A stretch of DNA of 64,000 nt from Octopus vulgaris (GCA_951406725.2 OX597823.1:45942001-46006000), one strand, 5' to 3'; counted from the stretch's first letter, positions 27,125 to 41,853 are shown. The notes: a model not told the origin generated them from the letters alone. Made by a program: numbers and translations.

Positions 27125-28025
27125 TTATAGCTTCATAATCTATTTCATGGAAAATGCGAGCAAGGGAAACAATATTCTAAAGATTATAAACCTAGGAAAA
27201 GAACGGGACAAGTTATTACACTTGAAAAAGTTCCAGGCAGGTTATTACATCTGGTAAAGTACAGAACAAGAAAAATTTTACTTAAAATATTGCAGCTAAG
27301 AACAACATTTCAAAAACTAACTTTTATTAAAACTAAAAATGTTATTACAAGTTATTACTTCTATTTGTTATAACTTGTTACTTCTATTAAAAATATAAAA
27401 ATTACTCAAAATATTTTTTGCTCTTAAATGAATTCATTTTAAAATTATTAATTAATAATTAGAAATTTGAAAATAGGCTATAAAAATAATAGTAGTACAT
27501 ATTTAGTTAGTACAATAAATAGAATAATACAAAAATTAGTTATATATTTCCGTAAAATCTACCTATAACAACAAATTCACAGTAGAATTTGTTTGAGTTA
27601 TTGCCTAAGTTATTTCCAAGTCTTCTTTTAGTCTTGACCCAATGCCTATTTTTTTACATAATGAATTAGTCTACCATATATACTATTCTACTTTGCATAA
27701 AACTTTAGCTATATTGTTACCTTTGGCTCTCATTTTTTAAGTATACTAGTGTGTCAATCTTTTAAAAAAGTGATGGTAACTTTTTTTAATTATGATGTTA
27801 CTTTGTAAATTAAAATCAAATAATTTTCAATATTCAAATTTTATCCTTAGCTGCAATATTTTAAATAAAATGCCTTTTGTTCTGTACTTTACCAGATGTA
27901 ACAACTTGTCCTGGACTTTTCCAAGTGTAATAACTTGTTCTGTACTTTTCCAGGTTTATAATCTTAAGAATTTTATTTCTCTTGCTCGCATTTTTCCATG
28001 TAATCCATGATTTTTTCAGGCTATG
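27125..28025. mobile_element. Foldback/MITE-like element with ~165-bp diverged inverted arms
   Basis: 27146-27310 (catggaaaatgcgagcaag...ctggtaaagtacagaacaa...aatattgcagctaag) is the reverse complement of ~27835-28000. The arms contain ~29-bp subrepeats ggaaaagtacagaacaagttattacac. Confidence 0.8.
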
Positions 28026-30227
28026 CTATTATGTTAATTAATAATGTGTCAATAAATAATTTGACTTTACCTTATTGAAAATTGAATAATAAATTTTTAA
28101 AATTTCTAAATAGTATTTTAATTTTTAATAAAGTTGAGGTAATTAAACTAATTGCAAATTAGCGGTGTCGTTGATAATTTTTCCTTACCTCAATGATGCC
28201 GGTGACATATATTAAAAGTCCCCTTCTAGAACTATATTCATAAAAAAGTATAGAACTATGTTATCACCCTCAAATTTGAGAAACAAACACTCAAACTTTT
28301 TTTAAACCATGAAATTCCTCGAATTGAACTCTATCATTTAAGGTTAATTAAAATATGGTTTGTTTTTAAAATAAAAAAGCCAATTATAGTTAAGTCCAAT
28401 TTCTTGCCTTATATTTTTTCATGATATTTTACCTCACAACTTCTTTTATACAAATTTTTGTTGCATGGGACCAAAACTATGAAATTCTTCAAGCTTTCTT
28501 CTATCATTGAAGCTAAGAAAAAAAGACCTAAATTTGATTGGAGGCGTTGCTTACTCTCCTATAATTTTGCTACAAATTTTGATGCAAACATTTTTCTACT
28601 GGACCAACTCTCAATTTTTTTTTATATCAAAATGTAGTAAGGACCAGTCTTCTTCATCAATGTTAACAGTTTTCAATTTAGTTAAGAACTGAATTAGGGA
28701 CAAATTTTGAAAGATGTGAGTAAATTGCGTGTAGGTAAATTGCGGCCTTAAGAATATTATTCAACTGCTACCGTAGTTGACTGATGTACTTCGAATTTAT
28801 CACGGGTATTCTTTGATTAAAATTAAGACCATGACCAAAATAAGACAAAGACTAGGATAAGAGATAATTTTTTGTGTTTTGTTTTGAAGAGTAATTTTTG
28901 TAGTGATGGATTTAATTAAGAGTATTTCTATCTAGAGCCTAACTAGATTTTTCCAATTCGCCGTCAGTATTTACTATACATTGATAATATGTTTTACCGT
29001 TGTTAGTTAAGGGCGATAAAATAAAGCAATAACGGACATTAAATATTTCGCACAAAAACAGAAAAAGACTTTGATAATTGTCTTTGTGTAATAAATTTGC
29101 ATTTGACTTTATGATGCGAGCGAGCGATTTGACTCAAAATACTGACATTATACAATAACAACTTAAAGAAGACATCCTTAATTCAAAAGGAATTATATGT
29201 ATCAGGATGCTGGTTATTTGATCATGAATAAACGTGGTTCGTAAACTATAGATATATTTCTGAAGTGTCAGGTACTCTTTTTCAATAGTTTTCCTCTTTC
29301 AATCAAATTAAACAAAAATCTATCTATAATGAATTTCTCGGATGTAGCTTTGAATCGATCCTTTTACTAATTTCCTCACTATAAAAAGCACAAAGAAACT
29401 ACTGATTACATAACTAAATTTTGTAAGTTCACTATTGACATCCAAAAGTTGATAAGAAATTTATCACTATTTACCTATGAGTAGAGTTTTGAAAGATTTG
29501 CTATAAGACATTGTTTTATAATGAATTTAAGAATACAAAATATTTCGTTAACTACTAGCGTAGAATGAAGAAGAGTAGATATAAACATATTAATTCTTAA
29601 AATCTACTGTAAAATATGAAAACGCTAAAGAGGTATTGCTCAAGAAGCATTTCGCTTAAGAATATACGTATCTATTTTTTTTTACTTGTTTCAGTTATTA
29701 GATTGTAGCCAGGCTAGAGAATTGCTTTGATGCATTTCCAGTCGACTGAATCGACCTATGTACTTGGTGTTTTTATGACATTAAGGAATTAAAGGGAATA
29801 TATATTTTTAGCTTAATATATAGTGGTAGTAAGGGTAAATAAGAGGGAAAAAAGAAGCACGGTGGGATTATTAATATTTGTAATTTGAGAGTAGAGTTTG
29901 TGATCGATATTTGCAGGTAAAAATTATACTGCTGCGTTCATTAAAACAATCTGTAGATTGCAAAATAGATAAGACCTCGGTTATGCAGAGATCACACATG
30001 TTATTATGGCTGCTGTATGGTTTGGCGTGGGCGCTTTCTTCATGCATACTTTTTTCTCCCCTTTGACCAAAAATATTTCCTTATCCGCTTAACCTCTCGC
30101 ATATATATATTTATATATATATATATATATAATGGAACAAAAACGCAATAGAGGACAATAAAACATTCGGACAGATAGACGGTACAAAGGCGGACAGGTG
30201 TTTTTTATTCTTTGTAATTATTCTACG

Positions 30228-30310
30228 AGACACTTTTGCCGAACCGAGGACGTAAACACACCAACACCGATTATCAAGCAGTGGTGGTGGACAAATACAG
30301 ACACGAACAC
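30228..30310 (-). mobile_element. SINE family A, 3'-half fragment
   Basis: cttttgccgaacc...gacgtaaacacaccaacaccgattatcaagc...ggacaaatacag. Confidence 0.8.
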
Positions 30311-31080
30311 ACACGTAAACACACACATACATACGCACACACACAAATGTACATGTATATATGTGTGTATGTATATGGGTTTAGAGGTATATATTATCGG
30401 GTGGATACCATAGCAGCTCTCAATTATGTTCCAGGTTTCGGTTAACCGCATCGATTAGTAATTAATGTCTACGACTACTAGGAGTTAGCGCTCCCAAACT
30501 ACATGCTGGTTTCTTAACTAACCTAATATATATTACTTTGGCTTTTCTCTTTCAAGCATAATAAATACCATAGCCACGAAAATATCTGAATTACTAAGAA
30601 TATAACATGGAACTGATCCACCCTAAAATGAAATACATTACAAGAACAATACTTGAAAGTAAGCTTATTAAGTACCTATCTAATATCATACACAAAGAAG
30701 CTCGACAAAACTGTAACATACAGTTTGACCAAAAAATATAGATTCCTGACTTCTGCCAGCTACTGGTGTGAAACCTATGTCAACCACTCAAGTTTACAAA
30801 TAGATCAGATTTCAGATTCAAAACAACCTCCCCTCACTTCACTCTAAATACTATCCAATAAACAACTGAATTCAGTTCAGTTCGAGCCAAGCTGGTTGGA
30901 AAACCCCGAACGAAACCTCGCAGAAAGTTATGCTCGTTTGCATATGCAACTGCCCATATTCTGTGCCGTGGAAACACGTGTAGGTCGTCGTAATTATAAG
31001 AACGTGCTGTTTGAGGTTATAAAATAAAAGGAAATGAATTTTGAGGATGTACCTGTCTCCGTGTTCCTTATCATTATAAT

Positions 31081-31172
<92 letters not shown>

Positions 31173-31183
31173 CATAATACTAC

Positions 31184-31298
31184 TGGCTTCTTTCAGTTTT
31201 CGTCTACCAAATCCACTCACGAGGCTTTGGTTAGCCCGAGGCTATAATAAAAAAAATTTGCCCGAGGTGCCATGCAGTGGGACTGAACCTGGATCCAT
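31184..31298 (-). mobile_element. SINE family A, 5'-half fragment
   Basis: ggcttctttcagttttcgtctaccaaatccactcac...gcagtgggactgaacc. Confidence 0.88.
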
Positions 31299-32034
31299 TA
31301 CACATCATACACAAAACATAAAATCGTTAAATATAACAAAATGGCTACGGTCATTTATAAATGTAACAAAAATGCAAATTACAACTGGATGGAAATTGTT
31401 TAATTAAGGATATGTCGTACAAATTTATATCTGGGTCTTCTACCATATATGGGGTTTATATAGATTTAAGAAATTAGGTATCACAAGATGAATTGTTCAC
31501 TGCGGTCTCAAACCAGAAGAGGTGGGATTTCATTAAGGGCCCACATTTAGGGCTTGCAATGAAAAGCTATGAGTTAAAACTGAAATTTTTGACTGAGATC
31601 AACGCATATTGCGGAAATATAAAAAAAATAACGCGCCATGTAAGTTAACTGAACCTGAGAGATATATTTTGTTAAACACTTAATTCTGAATAGAAATTCG
31701 CTGACAATTTCGGTATGTAAATATAGGATGCATAAGATATACATTTTTACTTTACCATGTAAGTAAACAGATCAGAGTTTACACACACACAAACACCGCC
31801 CCCATTTCTGTGTCAGAGTGTGAGGGAGAGGGACCGGCGTGCATCTCTGAATGTGTATGGATACCCATATTTATATATTTGTATGTGTATATATGTGTAT
31901 ACACAGACATACAAGAGTATCTACACTAACTACCTATCTACATATCCATATCCATCCATCCGTCTGTCTGTCTGTCTCTCTTTCTCTCTTACTCTCTCTT
32001 TCTCACTCTCTCTCTCTCACTAACTCTCTCACTT

Positions 32035-32098
<64 letters not shown>

Positions 32099-32669
32099 CA
32101 CACGCGCACAGTTAATAGTACATTATCGTATGTGTCAGTGTGCGTCTGCGTAGCCAGTGAGAATTCCCACCATTAGTAATATATATAGAACTACTTTATT
32201 TTTCTAATATATTTATTTATTTATTTATTTATTTATTCGGATGTTTAACTTCTACTTATTTAAATAGTGTGTGCATTCTTGTGTCTACATATGTCTGTTT
32301 GCGATGTTGTTGAATCACACGCCACCATATTTTAACTGCTTATATTCTTATCTGTTTTAAATTATGTTCTCTTCGCTCTATCCCATTCTTCTCCGTAGGA
32401 GTTTATTTATTTGTTCTCTTATTCTTAATTCTTCTGTATTTATTTATACAAATTTAATGCGAATGTTCGGAATTTCCTGAGATTGTTTTGAAAATCGTTT
32501 TAAAATGATTTATAGAATAATTTATTTACGGTTCCAAAATATTATTAGTTTTATCATGTATGAAAGCAGTTTCTGTACTTAAACACAGACGCACTAACAC
32601 ATGCACACGCCTGTGTGTATGTATGTATGTATGTATGTATGTATGTATGTATGTATGTATGTATAAAAT

Positions 32670-32715
32670 TGCCCTCTAATGAGCGGTCAACGAACCGTGA
32701 CACATGTCTAGACAG
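32670..32715 (+). ncRNA. Degenerate hammerhead motif
   Basis: tgccct-CTAATGA-gcggt(caacga)accgt-GACA-CATG-TC-tagacag. Two core mutations; palindromic stem III ACATGT; directly follows (TATG)n. Confidence 0.5.
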
Positions 32716-33098
32716 TCTTCTTTATTTTTCTGTGTATGAGGATCACTCATTACATTTGCTTCACAAACCAGAGCAAAATAATTAAAGCATAATTTTTAAG
32801 TTGAAGCACTTTAAAATTATATTCGATTTTCTGATATACATGATGTTGTACATAAATACCAAAATAGCATATACGCGTACAATAGTGCATTCATCTCCCT
32901 CACCTACATTTGATGCTTTATTTTGCAGGATCAGTCTTCAGATTAAAATGCTCCTTTTTTATGTTACCCTAACACTTTCTCTTCGAAGAATGAATCGCCT
33001 ATAACAACACCGTTAGCTTTAGCAGTTATCATGGGTTCACACAACAAATATAAATATTATATACGGGGAAATTCAATTATATGTGTGTGTTTGTGTGT

Positions 33099-33515
33099 GT
33101 GTGTGGTAGTAAGCTTGCTTCCCAACCACATGGTTCCAGGTTCAGCCCCACTGTATGGCACCTTGGGCAAGTGTCTTTTACTATAGCCTTGGGTCGAACA
33201 AAGCTTTGTGTGTGGATTTATTAGACGGAAACTTAAAGAAGCCCGTCGTATATATACATATGTGTGTGTGTGTATGTGAGTGTGTAGTGTGTATTTGTGT
33301 GTGTGTGTGTTTGTGTCCCCACCACCGCTTGACAACCGATGCTGGTGTGCTTATATCCACGTAAATTGACGGTTCAGCAAAAGAAACAGTTGGAATAAGT
33401 ATTAGGATTGCGAAGAATAAGTCATGGGGTCGATTTCAGGGTCTAAATCTCTTTGAAGTGGTGTTCCAGTAAAGATGCTGTCAAAGGAAAGAAACAAGCA
33501 AACGAATAAAAGAAT
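33099..33515 (+). mobile_element. SINE family A, near full length
   Basis: Both halves and the internal microsatellite align to the copy at 45437. Confidence 0.9.
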
Positions 33516-33754
33516 ATATTTTTGGAAGACTAACAAAGCTAATCATTGATATTTGATGCTCTTAATTTGATCAATAATTTTATGCCCTCATAAAAAAAAT
33601 TTATCAGCAAAAACCAAAGCTCATCTAACTATAAGCTCATATCTTTAATGCTGCCCTTACATGCTCAGAAAACATGTCCAAAGAAAAATATTAATAAAAT
33701 GAAGGATAAATATAAGGTCAAATTCTCATAACCTACACGGAAAATAACAATATT

Positions 33755-34140
33755 CTTTTATTTATTTCGGTTATTTCAATGCGGCCATGCTGGACCACCG
33801 CCATTTCAATCGAATAAATCGATCCCAGGTCATATTCTTTGGAAGTCTAGTATTTATTCTATCGGTCTCTTTCACAGAACCACTAAGTTGCGAGGACGTA
33901 AACATACCAACATCGGTTGTCAAGCGATGATAGGAGGACAAACACAGACACACAAGCATACACACACACACACACATATGTATTTATATATACATGACGG
34001 GCTTCATTCAGTTTCCGTTTACTAAATCCACTCACAAGGTTTTGGTCGACCCGCGGCTATAGTAGACACTTGACCAAGGAACCACGCTGTGTGACTGAAC
34101 CCGGAACCATGCGGTTGGTAAGCAAGCTACTTACTACACA

Positions 34141-34143
<3 letters not shown>
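33755..34143 (-). mobile_element. SINE family A, near full length (inverted relative to the copy at 33099)
   Basis: Reverse complement of both halves. Confidence 0.9.
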
Positions 34144-34197
<54 letters not shown>

Positions 34198-34607
34198 ATA
34201 TATATATATATATACATGTACACATACATAGACATATATACATGTCTATGTATATATTTATATTTATCTGCTTCATATTTTGACGTACCATGCTTATACT
34301 ATATTATATATATTATATATATTGTGTACTATATTATATATTTAAGCCTATATATCTATTCTATCGGTCATATATTATATCATATATACCGCATATATTG
34401 GAGGGGGGTATATATATGACACACAAACATATACATACATATATATACATATATACACACACACACACACACACATATACACAAACATATATAGTACATA
34501 ACACATACATATAGACATGTTATATATGTAAATCTACCAAATCCACACGCAAGGCTCTCGTTATAGATTATATAGGTACATATTAGGGGGATACTAGAAC
34601 CATGTGA

Positions 34608-34679
34608 TGTGTCATAAGTAGCTACTTACCACACCGGCAGACATGGTTTCGGGTTATTTCACTGCGCGGCACCTTGAGC

Positions 34680-34766
<87 letters not shown>

Positions 34767-34841
34767 TCCTTGTATGTAAATTTGGTAGACGGAAACTGAA
34801 AGAAGCCTGTCGTATCTTTGTATATATATGTGTGTATGTGC

Positions 34842-34888
<47 letters not shown>

Positions 34889-35075
34889 CGTGCGTGCATA
34901 TATGTATGTTTGTCCCCCCGACAGCGCCTGACAACCGATGCTGGTGTACTTACGCCCCCGTAATAAATAGCAGGCTTACAAACAATAAGTGCTGTGGTCG
35001 ATTTGTTCGACTAAATGCGGTGCACCAGAATGGACGCAGTTAAATGGCTGAAACAAATAAAAGAATAAAAGAATA
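34608..35075 (+). mobile_element. SINE family A, rearranged and diverged
   Basis: taagtagctacttacc...actgcgcggcaccttgagca, then (TA)n, ttggtagacggaaactgaaagaagcc and the 3' tail. Confidence 0.8.
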
Positions 35076-35409
35076 TATTCGGAGTGTTATCATGGCTACC
35101 GAATAATTGTCGCATATTATATTTACAGATAAATTCCTCTTGTTACTTAATATTGAGATCTCTTCCATTCTTTTGTTGTCTTACCATTTCTATCAGTATA
35201 TTGTATATATATATCTATATATTATATATATATATTTTATATACATATATTATATATTATATATATTTATATACATATAAATTATATATATTACATATTA
35301 TTATTATAATATATATGATATATATTTAATTTATATATATTATATATATTATATGATATATATATATATGTATATATTATATATATATCGATTATATATA
35401 TATATCGAT

Positions 35410-35685
35410 TCCTGTACCGCGCTGTGTTTTGTTGTGTTCATGAGCGCGACAATTTATTTCACGTTGCTCCAGTTAGCTCAGCAAGAAATGAGTTGCGACG
35501 TCAATGGTGGGATTCTGTATTGGTATTTGCCTTTCCCTGGGATATCATTGATGGCGTGGAGATGGTGGTATGCATGGTTGACTGCTGTTCTTTCATAAAA
35601 CAATCTTGCTCGGACTGGTACCTCAGAGTGTAACTTTCTAGGTGCAATTCCATGGTCATTCATGACCGAAGGTTGTCTTTGCTCT

Positions 35686-35690
<5 letters not shown>
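35410..35690 (+). mobile_element. Decayed CORE SINE (family D)
   Basis: atttatttcacgttgctccag core; tail shared with 18470-18545. Confidence 0.6.
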
Positions 35691-35721
<31 letters not shown>

Positions 35722-35723
<2 letters not shown>

Positions 35724-35995
35724 CTGGCACGCCGTCGTTTACGACAACGTGTGCGCCATTTGATCCAGTCAATGGGACAGCCTCATGAAACGAACATGCA
35801 TACCCTTATTATAGTTCTCCGGGAGATTCAGCGTGACACGGAATGTGGCAAAGATGGCCCTTTGAAGTACATGTACTACCCATCATTGCAAGCCGAGTGG
35901 AGTACAACAACGTGAAAGAAAGTGTTTTTGCTGAAGGACACAACGATCTCCCGACCTTACAACAGTAAACCGAATATCCCTAACCACTGAGTCAC
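35722..35995 (-). mobile_element. Decayed tRNA/CORE SINE with the tail shared by 48369 and 49330
   Basis: Minus head tcagtggttaggg, core gtgtccttcagcaaaaacactttctttcacgttg, tail ggatcaa...gtcgtaaacgacggcgtgcc. Confidence 0.65.
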
Positions 35996-37515
35996 ATACT
36001 TTCATACACACCAACACACACACACATACACATATGCATACGCACACAGACACATAGATACAGGCATTTATATGTTTGTTAACATATGAAACGAAACGAC
36101 GGTATATATATATTTGTGCCATATACTGTAACTTAGTATGTTTGAAGGTTTTAAGTATATCTATGAAAGTATGCTTCTTGAATTATTTGAAATTGAGTAT
36201 GTTAATATATTTCTCTGTGTTTCAAATACGAAGTTAACTCTTGGTAAAACTATGAAACAGTCATTTAAACGTAAGATGCAATATAATATATATACTGCAA
36301 AGAATACTTTATTTTACAACCTACGGTATCAAATTATTCCAATGTGATGTGCCTTTAAGAATCGATATATTATAAACTAATCTTCCTCAGTTGACAGCAA
36401 AACTGTATCTGTTATTAGGTAGCTCAAAACTCAAGGCGATGCTATAGCGACAAATTTAGACATTATTGTATATCTTACGAAAATATCTATGTTACGTACA
36501 GTTTATGAGTAATGATCTGAGAAGTTGTTATAAAAGGATTTAGTACGATACACAAGACAAATTTTTTGCATAAATAGCCAATATTTTGCATTAGAAAGAT
36601 ACGGAAACAAAGATTATTTTACTGTCTAACTAAATACAGGTTGGTATAGTCTAGTTTAATGGAAAGCATACCATAGATTTCCAATGAATATCAAGAATAT
36701 GACTCAATTATATGATTAGCATTATGTAATTTAAGCAATATTATAAGTATAGGTTCGACGGAGACACCATGCTTATAAAACAATATCATGAATACATGAT
36801 GTTTCTTAAAAATTTCAAAATGTAGAAAGTCTACCAATTTTTGTGTCACTAGATTTCTTAAATTTCTAAAAAAAAAAACCGATTAAACATATCCTGTTGG
36901 CTTAGTGAGCATGGTTTGTGTTACCCTGATCAATGTACTGGGTATTTTCTGTGAGGTACGCTTCCCAGGTAATTTCCTTAATATAACGGAAATGTGAAGC
37001 TACAATGTAGAAGCAAGAGCAGATTCGGAGTTGTTATCCAAGAAATCTCTGAGGCCGGAATGGTGTGGAAATGGAAGAACACTCGTGGATGTCACCCAAG
37101 ACTAAACTTTTTGACATTTGTTACATCAACATCCGTGTTAAAAATCAATGAGTTTCTTCGCAAAAACATTTCATTAATTTATTCTTCCATCTACACATGC
37201 ACACATACAAATATGCATGTTATTCTACATGGATATGCAGAACCACGATTCTATGCATTATCAAGAGCTATTGTCATTTGCGTGCTCAAGTCATTCATCT
37301 CCAAGTAACGTTCATTTAGGAATATAAGGCAATTAAATACAATTCACTTCTCGCATTAAAATTGATTACACACACACACACACACACACACATTCAAATA
37401 CCCGCACACTCAAACACACAACCACTCAAATCCCACCACCATAAACATAAACAAAAGGTTGATAGTTTTGTATTCTTTTTCTTACATTTTCAATTTTTAT
37501 AGGAAACATGTCTAA

Positions 37516-37550
<35 letters not shown>

Positions 37551-38007
37551 GGGGGAAAATAATGCTTGTCAGGCAATAGTGATAAATTGGTGCTGTGGGG
37601 GTATAAGCTGTTGAAAGTTAGCTGCAGAAACCGAAAGAGAAAATGAGCTACTTATTAAAACACTTGCCAACACTTTTCAGCGATAACAACATATATCTTA
37701 GCATCTGATATATGTGACTGCTGAATTATGATACCATCCCTCCCAAAATAGACATCTCTTTCGGCTAAGAATGTATGCATATTCATTTAAATATAAATAT
37801 ATTGTATGTATGTATGTACGTATACACACACACATATAGATACATATGTATGTATGTATGTATATATATATATATATATATATACGTATGTATGTATATA
37901 TATATATATATATATACATACATACATACATATGTATCTATGTGTGTGTCTGTGTGTATACATACATACATACATACAATATATTTATATATATATACAT
38001 ACATACG

Positions 38008-38123
<116 letters not shown>

Positions 38124-38694
38124 CATACACACATAAACACACACATATATGTTCAAGAATACATAAATGAATATATTCGCAACGGAGTCTTCGCTTCTTT
38201 ATGCTTTATGTACATATTCCAGATTATGCATCATAATTATTTCCATGAAGACCAGACTGGCTGCATATCACTCATAATGTCATCATTACCATCTTCATCG
38301 TATTAATAATTACATATTAATGAATTTAATCACCATCGTCATCGTAGCCGTCGTTTTGTTGTCGCTCACCGCACCACCACGACCTTTCGTGAAGAAGGGC
38401 AGGCGATGTTCTGTCTAGCGCAGTGTTTCTCAACTGTGGTCCTTGTTGGCTCACATTAGAGTTTGATGTTAAAATTTATGCGCAATAAACTGGTTACACT
38501 TCTACAATACCTTTTACTTGCTTTAGTTATTTAACTGCGGCCATACTGGGGCAACGACTTGAAGGGTTTTTAGTCGAACAAATCTACCTCAGGACTTATT
38601 TTTTTATGCCTAGTACTTATTTTACCGCTAACTTACGGGGACGTAAATACAGCAATGGCAGAGACAGAAGAACACACGCACACACATAGATATA

Positions 38695-38765
<71 letters not shown>

Positions 38766-38773
38766 GTATATAT

Positions 38774-38820
<47 letters not shown>

Positions 38821-38946
38821 TGTATGTATATATATATGTATATATGTATATATATGTATAAGGGTGGAAAGGCACACACGAGTTGATATATATGAAAAAA
38901 CAAGTCAAAAATAGAAAATGCTAAGATAATTTTATAGTGAATCTTT

Positions 38947-38984
38947 CAGTACCGGTTTCGGTCATTTTGAGACCTTTTCAACTG
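38947..38984 (-). ncRNA. Minimal hammerhead motif, U3-A8 variant (left arm)
   Basis: cag-TTGAAAA-ggtc(tcaaaat)gacc-GAAA-CCGG-TA-ctg. Confidence 0.75.
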
Positions 38985-39248
38985 TAACGATTAAATAATT
39001 AAATTTAGAAAAATTAGAAGAAAAGTTTTTTTAAAAGAATATTTCTATAGTAGTGTTCAGATATAAGTAGCATTCTGCCTTTCTCTGACTCCCTTGTTTG
39101 CACTTTCTCTGACTCCCTTGTTTGCACTTGTGCAAACAAGGGAGTCAGAGAAAGGCAGAATGCTACTTATATCTGAACACTACTATAGAAATATTCTTTT
39201 AAAAAAACTTTTTTTCTAATTTTTCTAAATTTAATTATTTAATCGTTA

Positions 39249-39286
39249 CAGTTGAAAAGGTCTCAAAATGACCGAAACCGGTACTG
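39249..39286 (+). ncRNA. Minimal hammerhead motif, U3-A8 variant (right arm)
   Basis: Identical to the left-arm copy: stem I cag/ctg, stem II ggtc/gacc, palindromic stem III ACCGGT. Confidence 0.75.
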
Positions 39287-39339
39287 AAAGATTCACTATA
39301 AAATTATCTTAGCATTTTCTATTTTTGACTTGTTTTTTC

Positions 39340-39470
<131 letters not shown>

Positions 39471-39525
39471 TATATATATATATGAATATATATATATATG
39501 CTATATATATATATATGTATATGTG

Positions 39526-39561
<36 letters not shown>

Positions 39562-40037
39562 TATACGTATATATACAATATAAATAATATATAAATATAT
39601 GCATATATACTTACATATATACATACCTACATATATATGTATACATACACATGCATATATGGGTACAGGACATAAAAAAAAACGTTGAACACTATGAGAA
39701 ACGAAAACATAAAAACAAAAACATAGAAACGAGCTTTTTGGAACAACGAAAAAAACAAACAGAGAAACGAGACATACGACATAAAGAACATTCCCCTTCT
39801 TCAGTTGTTCCTGTTTCCTCCAATCCACATTCGAAGGCAAGGACAAGACGCGACTTCGTTGAAACAGTCCTTTCCGAAAAGCAAAATAAATAAAATTTGG
39901 AATTTTTTGCGGAGGGTGAAATCGGTAACAAGAACAGAACAGTGAGATACAAAACAGTAAAACCAATGTTTTATAATTATATAAGTTGTGTATTTTGAGT
40001 ACAGGCAAATAAGTACCAAGATTTAAAACGATACATG

Positions 40038-40198
40038 TGCAGGTGAGGCTGTGTAGTAAGAAGTTTGCTTCCCGACCACAAGGTTCCAGGTTCAGTCCCA
40101 TTGAGTTGCATCTTGGGCAAATGTCTTCTGCGCTAACCTCAGGCTGACCAAAGCCTTGTGAGTGGATTTGTTAGACAGAAATTGAAAGAACCCAGTCA
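40038..40198 (+). mobile_element. SINE family A, 5' half
   Basis: gcaggtgaggctgtgtagtaag...gaaattgaaagaaccc. Confidence 0.85.
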
Positions 40199-40547
40199 TA
40201 TATATATATATATATATATATACAAATTGAGATAGGGGTTGTAAATGCAACCCTCCATGGGATAACATATATCCAATATACTGCTAGTGAAGTACCCAAC
40301 AAAGTATACTTATACTTATATTTATATTTACTTACATTTATATTCTCTTTTATATATATTCTACTTATTATACAACATTACTTTTTTATGTACACTTTTT
40401 TATGTACATTCCTTTATGTACACTGATTTGTTCTGCTTTTTATATCTAACCCTACAGTCTCTTATGTGGTGGTTTAATAAAGTATGTGATTGAGTATTAT
40501 CTGGTAATTGATATTTGATTTAGATGTATTTCTCCATTTTCTTATCT

Positions 40548-40579
<32 letters not shown>

Positions 40580-40646
<67 letters not shown>
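40580..40646. repeat. (ATT)n microsatellite
   Basis: Read directly from the sequence. Confidence 0.98.
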
Positions 40647-40659
40647 TCCGGCAAAGACT

Positions 40660-40835
40660 ACTAGCTGGTGGAATCGTTACCGCGCCGGACAAAATTATTA
40701 GCGGTATTCCGTCCGTCTTCACCTTCTAAGTTCAAATGCTGCCCGGGTCGATTTAATAAGTACTAGTTGAGCATTGAGGCCGACGTAATCGACTTACCCC
40801 AAAATTGCGGTCAACAGCTAAAATTTGAAACCATT
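40660..40835 (+). mobile_element. SINE family B, diverged
   Basis: agctggtggaatcgttaccgcgccggacaaaat...ttctaagttcaaat...aagtactagtt...aaaatttgaaacc. Confidence 0.75.
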
Positions 40836-41801
40836 ATTATTATAGCCTGAATTCTCGTAAGACACGTCAGCTTTGGCTTGGAGTATTTTCTCATAAGGCT
40901 GACTCATTTAATTGCCAAGTTTGTATATCATGAATCGTATGGTTCATGGGTTATTTCAGTAGTTTGATACACTTCTAAAGGCTTTTTCCTTAAAACTATT
41001 TAAAGTGAGCAGCACTGTTATGTCACTGTTTTATCTGAGAGATACAGTCTATTGAGAGATAGTCTATTTTATTTCTCAGTTGCATGCTTCAGATTTCAAT
41101 ATTATTTCTAAGATTGAAGTAGTAGCACAACTTAGATGTCTTAATAGCCTTTTCCAGACCGAGCAACATTGCTGAAACAAAAAATATTTTAATGAGATTC
41201 TCAGAGAATTAGCAAGAAAGAAATACTCATGTACTCTCCACAATCGAAAGATCTCATCTAGTCATTGGCAGATGATTAAAATATTTGCAGTTGACCTTCT
41301 AGACTGCTGATTGTAAATATTATTGATAAAATAGAATATTTATTGATTATATGTTCAGATTATTTTCGGACGACATTTTAAATTCTATTATAAATTAAAA
41401 TGTCTTAGTAAATATTAACTGCTTATATGGATATAGACTCAGCTCTGGAAGAGATAGTCGTGTTGAACATGGACTTAACACATTAAGGACGATAGGATAT
41501 GTACCACTGCTGTAACAATTTAGCTGTTCGCAATCTCTCGTGAGTCATTGCGAAAACTGTAAACATTCGCATATTCACACATAGACATGCACAAGACATA
41601 CATATATTTTATTCCGTTTATAGGCGTAGGAGTGGATGTGTGGAAAGTAGCTTACTTACGAACCACATGCTTCCGGGTTCAGTCCCACTGCGTGGCACCT
41701 TGGGTAAGTGTCTTTTACTAATGCCTCGGGCTAACCAAAGCATTGTGAGTGGATTTGGTAGAGGGAAACTGAAAGAAGCCCGGCGTATATATATATATAT
41801 T

Positions 41802-41853
<52 letters not shown>

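Noticed and set aside
36290-36860. Possible ancient PLE RT remnant (KTQGDAIAT resembling Q..G.AMGT)
   Set aside because: Only one weak motif; needs a profile search.
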